From Cylindrospermopsis raciborskii Cr2010 (GTDB lineage: Bacteria; Cyanobacteriota; Cyanobacteriia; Cyanobacteriales; Nostocaceae): a stretch of 32,000 nucleotides of DNA. The notes below the pieces were generated by a model. That model was not told where the DNA came from. It searched no databases and worked only from the letters and a program-made list of their open reading frames with translations. Location of the stretch: positions 2,190,001 through 2,222,000 of the forward strand of contig NZ_CP065936.1 of the NCBI RefSeq assembly GCF_003367075.2. Direction: 5' to 3'. Below, piece by piece: positions 9,016 through 16,439 of the stretch. The position numbers were made by a program, and so were the translations under genes. Every line of letters starts with the position of its first letter. Position 1 is the stretch's first letter.

Positions 9016-9402
9016 ATGTCACACTTTAGCCAAATTAAAACTCAAATCCGTAATCTAGAATCCTTACAGGACGCCCTTTCCGATTTAGGAATAGATTGGA
9101 AATCCGGTTCTAGGGAGGTGCGCGGTTATCGTGGCCAAACCCATACCGCCGAAGTCACTATTGAACAAGACAATGGTTATGACATCGGTTTTAAGTGGAA
9201 TGGTCAAGAATATGAACTCGTAGCAGACCTTCAATACTGGCAACAGAATTTATCAGTGGATGGGTTTTTACGCCAGATTACCCAGCGTTATGCTTACCAA
9301 ACAGTGATGAAAGAAACTGCTAAAGTGGGTTTTCAAATCAGCCAAGAGCAGAAAAATGCTGATGGTTCCATTAGTTTAGTATTACAGCGTTGGAGTGCGT
9401 AA
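9016..9402 (+). CDS. ycf35: Ycf35 / DUF1257 protein
   Basis: 128 aa. MSHFSQIKTQIRNLESLQDALSDLGI...VRGYRGQ...YDIGFKWNGQEYELVADLQYW...QRYAYQTV...LVLQRWS is the Ycf35/DUF1257 pattern. Confidence 0.8.
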   Translation: MSHFSQIKTQIRNLESLQDALSDLGIDWKSGSREVRGYRGQTHTAEVTIEQDNGYDIGFKWNGQEYELVADLQYWQQNLSVDGFLRQITQRYAYQTVMKETAKVGFQISQEQKNADGSISLVLQRWSA

Positions 9403-9848
9403 TGTCTGAAGTGCAGCCGTTCTCAGAGGATTTAAGTAATAATCTTTCCGGTTTAGAGCCAGAATTAGGTGGTCTTTTGCGGGATCAACCAGAAATATCT
9501 GGATTTGAACCGGAACTGGGCGGTCTGCTGCGACAAAAGGGGGTTTATGTAGATGAAATCACCTGTATAGGATGTAAGCACTGCGCCCATGTTGCTAGAA
9601 ACACTTTTTATATTGAACCGGATTATGGACGTTCTCGGGTGGTGCGTCAGGATGGGGATATAGAAGAGGTCATACAAGAGGCCATAGATACTTGTCCGGT
9701 GGACTGTATTCACTGGGTTGATTATACAGAACTGAAAAATTTAGAAGCGGAGCGTAAATACCAGGTGATTCCGGTTGCGGGTTATCCGGTAGATCATGCG
9801 ATCGCTATTACGGAAAAACGACGCAAAAAGCAAAGACTAAACAAGTAA
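9402..9848 (+). CDS. 4Fe-4S ferredoxin-domain protein with N-terminal repeated EPELGGLLR motif
   Basis: Cluster ligands CIGCKHCAHV...DTCPVDCIHWV. ATG 9402 shares its A with the ycf35 stop (TAATG overlap). The track's TTG 9390 start is unlikely. Confidence 0.8.
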   Translation: MSEVQPFSEDLSNNLSGLEPELGGLLRDQPEISGFEPELGGLLRQKGVYVDEITCIGCKHCAHVARNTFYIEPDYGRSRVVRQDGDIEEVIQEAIDTCPVDCIHWVDYTELKNLEAERKYQVIPVAGYPVDHAIAITEKRRKKQRLNK

Positions 9849-9875
9849 AAGTGTAACTAACTCCTTCTACTCAAT

Positions 9876-11003
9876 ATGTCTACTATTACGGAAGATCGTC
9901 AATACTGGTTAGCATGGTCACAAATTGCCGGGGTTGGACCCATACTACTACAAAGATTACAAGAACACTTTGGTAATTTAGAGAATGCTTGGAAATCGAG
10001 TCCTGGGGAGCTAGGAAAAATAGAGGGTGTTGGTTTTCACATTTTGCAAAAAATAGTTCAGTATAGAGGTAAAATTAATCCAGAGAAACTGCTTATTGAA
10101 CATGAAAAAATCAACCCCCATTTTTGGACACCAGCAGATGTGGAATATCCAAAATTGTTAAGAGAAATTTCCACGCCTCCTCCCATATTGTATTATAGGG
10201 GACAGTTGGATTTGGAGGAAAATAGGGGTGAAAAACCGCTGGTAGGAATTGTTGGTACTCGAAAGCCTACAAAATATGGCAGAAAATGGACTCGTCACAT
10301 TAGCACTGTTTTAGCTCAAAATGGTTTCACCATTGTTTCAGGTATGGCCGATGGAATAGACGCTGAAAGTCATAGTGCAGCTATTCAAGCTGGGGGTAGA
10401 ACCATAGCAGTGGTAGGAACAGGTGTAGATGTGATTTATCCATATAGTAATAAGGACTTATATAAAGAAATTCTGAAATCTGGGATAGTCATCAGTGAAC
10501 ATCCGACTAAGACTTCACCCCACCGCACTCATTTTCCCCGTCGCAATCGGATCATTGCGGGTTTGTCCCGTGTGGTTTTAGTCATGGAAGCGGGAAGTAA
10601 GTCTGGTGCTCTCATAACTGCTACCTATGCTAACGAATTTTCTCGAGATATTTATGCTTTACCAGGAAGAGTGGATGATGAACTTTCTCAGGGTTGTTTA
10701 AAGCTAATTAGTCAGGGTGCAGGATTAATTAGTCAGGAATTAAACGAACTATTGACAATGTTAGGTGCTATTCCTAAGATACATATTGATACCCCTGCTG
10801 TTAAATCCGATCCCTTTCTTGGTAATTTGGAGCCAGAATTACAACAGGTAATGAGTATTCTTACAGTGGATGCGTTACCGTTTGATCTAATTGTGGAAAA
10901 GGCTAAGATGGGATCTGGTTTGGTTTCTGGTTATTTATTGCAATTGGAATTGATGGGTTTAGTTTCCCAACTTCCTGGAATGCGATATCAGAAGTCCTAT
11001 TAA
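9876..11003 (+). CDS. dprA: DNA-processing protein DprA (Smf)
   Basis: 375 aa. Rossmann-like core GIVGTRKPTKYGRKWT...SGMADGIDAESHSAAIQAGGRTIAVVGTGVDVIYP and FPRRNRIIAGLS. Confidence 0.9.
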   Translation: MSTITEDRQYWLAWSQIAGVGPILLQRLQEHFGNLENAWKSSPGELGKIEGVGFHILQKIVQYRGKINPEKLLIEHEKINPHFWTPADVEYPKLLREISTPPPILYYRGQLDLEENRGEKPLVGIVGTRKPTKYGRKWTRHISTVLAQNGFTIVSGMADGIDAESHSAAIQAGGRTIAVVGTGVDVIYPYSNKDLYKEILKSGIVISEHPTKTSPHRTHFPRRNRIIAGLSRVVLVMEAGSKSGALITATYANEFSRDIYALPGRVDDELSQGCLKLISQGAGLISQELNELLTMLGAIPKIHIDTPAVKSDPFLGNLEPELQQVMSILTVDALPFDLIVEKAKMGSGLVSGYLLQLELMGLVSQLPGMRYQKSY

Positions 11004-11013
11004 TTGCCAACTC

Positions 11014-11376
11014 CTAATTCTCCGCATACTCCATACCATTAGCATCAGCATAACGGTGTAAAAAGCGCATAATTCTATCAAAACCTTCGCCAGGATCAAC
11101 TACAAATTTACAATCAACTCTTTTTAATTCATCCCCTTCATCCCCACCGAAAATAAATTTAGTTCCCGAAGGAGTAACCCGAATTTCTCCTTCTTCGTCA
11201 ATTAATAATAGGGAGTTCAATGACTGTTTAGTAAAACTGTTAAATCCTGATATGGCTTTCAATTGCTCAAATTGTAGAACAACAATCAATTTACCAGTCC
11301 TGACTTCTCGACGTAAACTTACATTACTCATTTCTTCAAATAAACCCGCAAAAAATTGAATTGATGGAGATGTCAT
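11014..11376 (-). CDS. psb28: Photosystem II Psb28-family protein (Psb28-2-like)
   Basis: 120 aa. N-terminal IQFFAGLFEE..VSLRR and C-terminal FDRIMRFLHRYADANGMEY match the Psb28 pattern (WDRFMRFMERYA). Confidence 0.75.
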   Translation of the reverse strand: MTSPSIQFFAGLFEEMSNVSLRREVRTGKLIVVLQFEQLKAISGFNSFTKQSLNSLLLIDEEGEIRVTPSGTKFIFGGDEGDELKRVDCKFVVDPGEGFDRIMRFLHRYADANGMEYAEN

Positions 11377-11385
11377 AATTCCCTG

Positions 11386-12969
11386 TTAGTTCCGATGAGA
11401 TTGTGGTGGATAATATGGGGGATTATTCAGAGGAGACTGATAATTTCCCAGGGGTACATTGTTGATTGTAGCATTAGGAATATTTGAATTGCCACCTTGA
11501 GGTTGGAGAAATGGTTGAGTAAATGGTTGAAGTTGGGGAACTGGGGTGGAAGAATTATTTAACGGTTGATTGTTTGATGGTTGATTATTGGTAGAACCAT
11601 CAGGGGGAAAATTACTCTGACTTAAGTAAGAATAAGTTGCTTGAGATATAGAATTGATTAACTTTGCTGCAGCGGGTTCATTATGAGGACGTTTCACCAT
11701 AATACTAGCAATATAACGTTTACCCGTAGGAACATCAATCAAACCAGCATCTGCTAGCATCGTCCCAATATCACCGGTTTTATGATATGCTGTCGCTCCT
11801 TCCCCTAAACCAGCAGGTAATAAATCATCCCTTTGGGTACGTCGCATAATATCTAACATCAAATCACGCGATCGCATGGATATTAATTCACCCTGATTAA
11901 CTTTGGCAATTAAGCTTGCCAACTCTTTAGGGGAGGTAGTATTAGTACCTTCTAAATCTGGTAATGGACTTTGAATGGCGGTATTTACTAGTCCCCAACT
12001 ACGAAAACGAGCGTTTAATAACTCTTTTCCTCCCATTTTACTAATCAACATATTTGTAGCAGTGTTGTCACTGATAGTCATCATTTTGGTAGCCAATTCA
12101 ATGGATTTCAGCTTAGTACCTACAGGCATAGTTCTTAAATTACCAGAACCTCCTGCGACCATTTCTTGCTCCATAGTTAAGATTTCATCAAGACGAATTT
12201 TACCCCTATCAACATCCTCTAAAAAAGCCACTAGAACTGGTATCTTAATGGTACTAGCTGCGGAGAAATTCTTGTTCCCACTAACATCCACATATCCACC
12301 AGAATCTATATCCACTATAAACACACCGGGGATGAGATTAGGGTTAGCTGCTGATAGGTTTTCGATAGTGGTTTTCAGCGGGGTAATTTCCTGAGATATG
12401 ACCAGTCCAGAACTATTAATAGGAGACTGGGGAGAAGAACTTACAGGTGGATTAATGGAGTTAGTGGTAATTCGATTGGCCGGGTCTAACACTGATAATA
12501 GGGTGCCCACAATTGCACCCAAACCCACCCCCACAATTAACAGTCGCAAGGCATACAAAATAATATTAGCTGCTGGTTTTAACCTTGCTTTTCGGGATGG
12601 ATAGGCGTATTTTTTGGGATGTCCGGGTACACGTAATGTTTTGACCCTGGGGTTACCCCCGGTCATTTTGCCAGATGGTTTAGCAGTAGGTTTCACATTA
12701 CCGGATACTACCAAGCGTTGTGATTGTCTTATTCTATCAGTTTCATTGCGTTCATGATTATCAGAGGCAATTGTGGGTAACACCTTCACGTTTTGTTGAT
12801 AATTTAGACCCGTAGATTGCATCTTAGCCGGTTTTGATTGTGTCCTTTGGGCAGTTTTTGCAGTTGTCTTTTGTGTGTGGTCTTGAGATCTTTGTTTGTG
12901 ATGACGACGACGAATCTTGGGAGATTGGTCCCCGGACCCAGTTATCATTTTGTCGCTAGGTTTTGACAC
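11386..12969 (-). CDS. Membrane-anchored class-A beta-lactamase-fold serine hydrolase with P/N/Q-rich tail
   Basis: 527 aa. Basic N-terminus, one TM (IILYALRLLIVGVGLGAIVGTLL), then S-x-x-K (AASTIKIPVL), SDN (ISDNTATN) and KTG (HKTGDIG) motifs. Confidence 0.7.
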   Translation of the reverse strand: MSKPSDKMITGSGDQSPKIRRRHHKQRSQDHTQKTTAKTAQRTQSKPAKMQSTGLNYQQNVKVLPTIASDNHERNETDRIRQSQRLVVSGNVKPTAKPSGKMTGGNPRVKTLRVPGHPKKYAYPSRKARLKPAANIILYALRLLIVGVGLGAIVGTLLSVLDPANRITTNSINPPVSSSPQSPINSSGLVISQEITPLKTTIENLSAANPNLIPGVFIVDIDSGGYVDVSGNKNFSAASTIKIPVLVAFLEDVDRGKIRLDEILTMEQEMVAGGSGNLRTMPVGTKLKSIELATKMMTISDNTATNMLISKMGGKELLNARFRSWGLVNTAIQSPLPDLEGTNTTSPKELASLIAKVNQGELISMRSRDLMLDIMRRTQRDDLLPAGLGEGATAYHKTGDIGTMLADAGLIDVPTGKRYIASIMVKRPHNEPAAAKLINSISQATYSYLSQSNFPPDGSTNNQPSNNQPLNNSSTPVPQLQPFTQPFLQPQGGNSNIPNATINNVPLGNYQSPLNNPPYYPPQSHRN

Positions 12970-13070
12970 TGCTACTCCTTAAAATTGCCCACTGTGTTTA
13001 CTAAATACAAACCAGACTTAATTATAGTCCCCTTATTTTAGATCCTCATTTCTGAACATGTAACATTTTA

Positions 13071-13808
13071 TCAAAAATTTTTAATTGCCCATTGTACCTG
13101 TTTTAAAATACCTCTGAGCATAGCTACTTCCGTGGTTGTTAGCTCACTGCGATTGTACAAATGGCGGAACTTTTCCATCCGACTAGATGCTGTGTGGGGA
13201 TAGAGATAACCGATGGAGAGCAGTAAAGATTCTAACTCTTGGTAGTAAGATTCAAGCACATCCAAGGTAGCAATATCTCTGGTGGGCATTTTCCCCGGTT
13301 CCATTGTCATTATAGATTGTGATAATTCATAACAACAGATAGATACTGCTGTAGCCAAATTTAAAGAGGTATATTCCGGACTGGTGGGGATAGATACTAG
13401 TTTTTGGGCATAATTAATTTCCTGATTAGTTAAACCTCGGTCTTCCCTACCAAAAATCAAACCTGCTGGTTTTTCCGACTCTGCTAATAACCAGGGTAAA
13501 GCATGACGAGGACTTTCTATGGGTAACTCCCCATTATAATCCCTACCTACAGTAGCAATAGCGCGATCGCATCCAGCTAGTGCTGTGGTTAGATTATCTA
13601 CTATTCGGGCGGTTTCTAATATTTCTGGAGCATGAACTGCCATTCTTAGGGATTCTAAGGAAGTAGGGTCACACTGAGGATTGACTAAAATTAAATCACA
13701 TAACCCGAAGTTTTTCATTACCCTAGCTATAGAACCTAAATTTAAACATCCCGCAGGTTCAACTAAAATGACCTTGATTTTCTCTAGAGCTGACTTTTCT
13801 GTTTCCAT
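13071..13808 (-). CDS. SpoU/TrmH-class RNA 2'-O-methyltransferase (TrmJ-like)
   Basis: 245 aa. IKVILVEPAGCLNLGSIARVMKNFGL..LILVNP at the N-terminus and GREDRGLTNQE...IPT......SLNLATAVSICCYEL at the knot region. Confidence 0.8.
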   Translation of the reverse strand: METEKSALEKIKVILVEPAGCLNLGSIARVMKNFGLCDLILVNPQCDPTSLESLRMAVHAPEILETARIVDNLTTALAGCDRAIATVGRDYNGELPIESPRHALPWLLAESEKPAGLIFGREDRGLTNQEINYAQKLVSIPTSPEYTSLNLATAVSICCYELSQSIMTMEPGKMPTRDIATLDVLESYYQELESLLLSIGYLYPHTASSRMEKFRHLYNRSELTTTEVAMLRGILKQVQWAIKNF

Positions 13809-13830
13809 GTATCAACATTCTTGGGAATTT

Positions 13831-13872
13831 TGTAGTTTTATATACAGTTTGTTACAATTAACATGTTATGAT
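13831..13872 (+). promoter_or_regulatory. NtcA-type (class II) promoter: TGTA-N8-TACA box plus -10 TATGAT
   Basis: TGTAGTTTTATATACA at 13831-13846 is a perfect GTA-N8-TAC palindrome. TATGAT (TAN3T) at 13867-13872 starts 21 nt after the TAC, the spacing used by NtcA-activated promoters. It was the only GTA-N8-TAC I found when scanning the intergenic regions of this window. Confidence 0.6.
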
Positions 13873-13959
13873 CGCAACTAAATGTACGACAGGTTCATCA
13901 ACCAATTCATCCTGCACCTAGTATTTTAAACTGGATTGTTAGGTGAGAAAAATCAATAA

Positions 13960-14075
13960 ATAGCCTCTAGGGTTCCGGTTTTCTTAATTACCAAACAAAA
14001 TGCAGGTCCGAGAGAGGCAAGTTATTTTCTAGTGTTAGACAGTAACTACACGGAGGGAAAAAAGCCCGGGAGAAG
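13960..14075 (+). promoter_or_regulatory. Guanidine-I riboswitch aptamer (ykkC-yxkD class, subtype 1)
   Basis: Conserved blocks occur in the canonical order: CTAGGGTTCCGG (13967-13978), GGTCCGAGAG (14005-14014), ACACGGAGGGA (14048-14058), AAAGCCCGGGAGA (14061-14073). Confidence 0.9.
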
Positions 14076-14124
14076 TAAATGACAGTCATGGCACTGTGTT
14101 TGCTCTCCTGGGCTTTGTGGTTTT
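14061..14124 (+). terminator. Riboswitch expression platform: intrinsic terminator sharing its 5' arm with the aptamer 3' block
   Basis: AAAGCCCGGGAGA (14061-14073) pairs with TCTCCTGGGCTTT (14104-14116), giving 13 bp with one G.U. GTGGTTTT follows at 14117-14124. The CDS starts 27 nt later. Confidence 0.75.
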
Positions 14125-14151
14125 AAGCCACATCCAATCCCAATACAAATT

Positions 14152-15369
14152 ATGGGTCTAGAAATTGAAATCCAAAATTCTCAATCTAATGATATTATGA
14201 ACGAATTCCAACCGCCTATACCCGAAAGTGAAGCGCAACAGGCTTTAGAACTAGAAAGACAACTACCACTAACTGGTTGGCAGCAAGAAGTCTCTCGTAG
14301 TTTAGAGTTAGGACTAGAAGCAGCAGCAAGCATTAATGACCGGACTATTTCCACATTTGCTCGTGGTGAACTACCTCATTATGCTGGAATTAATACTTTT
14401 TTGAAGGCTCCCTATTTAGAAGATATCTGGAAAGTAGGAGAATATGACGTAGCCATTGTGGGGGTTCCCCATGACTCTGGAACCACTTACCGTCCTGGAA
14501 CCAGATTTGGACCCCAGGGAATCCGCCGGATTTCCGCTTTGTATACCCCCTATAACTTTGAATTAGGGATAGATCTAAGGGAGCAAATTACTCTATGTGA
14601 TGTAGGGGATATTTTTACCATCCCTGCTAATAATGAGAAGTCATTCGACCAGATATCTAAAGGAATTGCCCACATTTTTAGTTCCGGTGCATTTCCCATT
14701 ATTATGGGTGGTGATCACTCTATTGGCTACCCAACTGTTAGAGGTATTTGCCGACATTTGGGAGATAAAAAAATGGGTATTATTCATTTTGATCGCCATG
14801 TGGATACACAAGAAACAGACTTAGACGAAAGGATGCACACTTGTCCATGGTTCCATGCCACCAATATGAAAAATGCCCCTGCCCAAAATCTGGTTCAATT
14901 GGGAATTGGTGGATGGCAAGTACCGCGTCAGGGGGTAAAAATTTGTCGCCAACGGTCTACTAATATTCTCACAATCACTGACATTGTTGAAAAGGGACTG
15001 GATTATGCGGTAGAATTTGCCCTAGAAAGAGCATTAGATGGTACAGATTGTGTTTACATCAGTTTCGATATTGACTGTATTGATGCTGGATTTGTTCCGG
15101 GAACTGGTTGGCCAGAACCAGGTGGTTTTATGCCTCGGGAAGCACTTTATATTCTAGGTAAAATTGTTCAGCGCGCCCCAATTTGTGGACTAGAAGTAGT
15201 AGAAGTGTCACCTCCTTACGATATTAGTGACATTACTTCACTTATGGCTACTCGTGTTATTTGTGACACTATGGGACACTTAATTAAGTCTGGTCAATTA
15301 CCAAGAAACGATAAACCTGCTTATATTGAAATGGAAGCACGACAAGAATCAATAGTGGATTGGAGTTAA
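14152..15369 (+). CDS. gdmH: Arginase/ureohydrolase-family enzyme, predicted Ni-dependent guanidine hydrolase (GdmH/Sll1077-like)
   Basis: 405 aa. Ureohydrolase metal motifs MGGDHSIG, IHFDRHVDT and SFDIDCIDAGFVPGTGWPEPGG. Context is a guanidine-I riboswitch upstream and hypA/hypB-like genes immediately downstream. The start could also be ATG 14197 (MNEF). Confidence 0.8.
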   Translation: MGLEIEIQNSQSNDIMNEFQPPIPESEAQQALELERQLPLTGWQQEVSRSLELGLEAAASINDRTISTFARGELPHYAGINTFLKAPYLEDIWKVGEYDVAIVGVPHDSGTTYRPGTRFGPQGIRRISALYTPYNFELGIDLREQITLCDVGDIFTIPANNEKSFDQISKGIAHIFSSGAFPIIMGGDHSIGYPTVRGICRHLGDKKMGIIHFDRHVDTQETDLDERMHTCPWFHATNMKNAPAQNLVQLGIGGWQVPRQGVKICRQRSTNILTITDIVEKGLDYAVEFALERALDGTDCVYISFDIDCIDAGFVPGTGWPEPGGFMPREALYILGKIVQRAPICGLEVVEVSPPYDISDITSLMATRVICDTMGHLIKSGQLPRNDKPAYIEMEARQESIVDWS

Positions 15370-15372
15370 ACC

Positions 15373-15729
15373 TTGCATGAAACTGACATGACCAAGGCAT
15401 TGATTATCACGATTAAACAATGGTGGGAATCCCAGCCTGGTTGTCCGCGTATTTCCGCAATTCACCTGATGATTGGTAAGTTCACCTGTGTAGAACCTGG
15501 GAGTTTGCAATTTGCCTTTCAAGTACAAACACGTAACACATTTTTGGATGGAGTAGAATTAGTAATCAAGGAAATTCCCTTAATTGCCTTTTGTCATCCC
15601 TGTCAATTAGAGTACCTTCCGGAAATTGGTCAGCAATATAGCTGTCCACGCTGTTATCATCCCATGGAGGATATTCGCTCGGGTAGGGAACTGAAAATAG
15701 AGCGGATTGAATATAGTTTGGAAGAGTAG
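15373..15729 (+). CDS. ghaA: HypA-like nickel metallochaperone (GhaA-like accessory protein)
   Basis: 118 aa. The TTG start gives the N-terminal MHE nickel-binding motif. Zinc site is CHPC...CPRC. The gene starts 3 nt after the hydrolase stop. Confidence 0.8.
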   Translation: MHETDMTKALIITIKQWWESQPGCPRISAIHLMIGKFTCVEPGSLQFAFQVQTRNTFLDGVELVIKEIPLIAFCHPCQLEYLPEIGQQYSCPRCYHPMEDIRSGRELKIERIEYSLEE

Positions 15730-15737
15730 AGAGGATT

Positions 15738-16439
15738 ATGCACCAAACCCATAGTGCTGCATTGGAAATTAATTTACTTCATGCTAACCAAGAAGGAGCA
15801 GATCACAATCGTTCCCACTTCAACAGTTGGGGTATCACTTGTGTAAATATTATGAGCAGTCCGGGAGCAGGTAAAACCACTCTATTGGAAAGAACCTTAT
15901 CTGTTTTAACAAGTGAGTTGAAAATTGCAGTGATTGAAGGAGATATGAACACGGAGCTGGATGCCAACCGCTTACGTCAATATGGTATTCCGGTAATTGC
16001 AATTAATACAGGTCGTTCTTGTCACTTAGATTCCCAAATGGTAGCTGGTGGAATTCATCAACTAGAAAACAAACATAATCCAACTGAACTAGATTTAGTC
16101 TTGGTGGAAAATGTGGGCAATTTAGTATGTCCAGCTGAATTTGAAGTTGGTGAACACTTTAAAGTTGCTTTATTAAGCATCACAGAGGGAGAAGATAAAC
16201 CTCTTAAGTATCCAATTATGTTTCAAGCAGCAGACTGTTTGTTAATTACCAAGATAGACTTATCGCCCTATTTAGACACTGATATTAATCACATTGTAGC
16301 CAATGTCCGACAGATGAATCCGGGAGTTAAAATTATTCCTTTCTCAGCTAAAACAGATGAGGGACTGGATACTTGGTGTGATTGGGTGAAAACCCAGGTT
16401 AAGTCAAATTACCATTTAGATATAAAAGGTACTAAATAA
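15738..16439 (+). CDS. ghaB: HypB-like nickel-binding GTPase (GhaB-like accessory protein)
   Basis: 233 aa. P-loop [14 protein letters not shown], metal-site residues GRSCHLD and [10 protein letters not shown], NKxD-equivalent TKIDL, and a His-sprinkled N-terminus ([27 protein letters not shown]). Confidence 0.85.
   Translation: MHQTHSAALEINLLHANQEGADHNRSHFNSWGITCVNIMSSPGAGKTTLLERTLSVLTSELKIAVIEGDMNTELDANRLRQYGIPVIAINTGRSCHLDSQMVAGGIHQLENKHNPTELDLVLVENVGNLVCPAEFEVGEHFKVALLSITEGEDKPLKYPIMFQAADCLLITKIDLSPYLDTDINHIVANVRQMNPGVKIIPFSAKTDEGLDTWCDWVKTQVKSNYHLDIKGTK

Noticed and set aside
11975-12604. Plus-strand ORFs of 139 aa and 68 aa
   Set aside because: Both lie entirely antisense to the well-supported 527-aa serine hydrolase gene. 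Their translations are low-complexity with no recognisable motifs, so they are shadow ORFs.
11386-12969. Class-A beta-lactamase motifs suggesting an antibiotic-resistance gene
   Set aside because: The N-terminal membrane anchor, long low-complexity tail and housekeeping neighbourhood argue for a chromosomal serine-hydrolase or PBP-like protein. There is no mobile-element context.
15373-16439. hypA/hypB homologues read as hydrogenase maturation genes
   Set aside because: There are no hydrogenase structural or other hyp genes in the window. The genes are sandwiched between a riboswitch-controlled arginase-family gene and a NitT/TauT transporter, which fits the guanidine-hydrolase accessory (GhaA/GhaB) context better.
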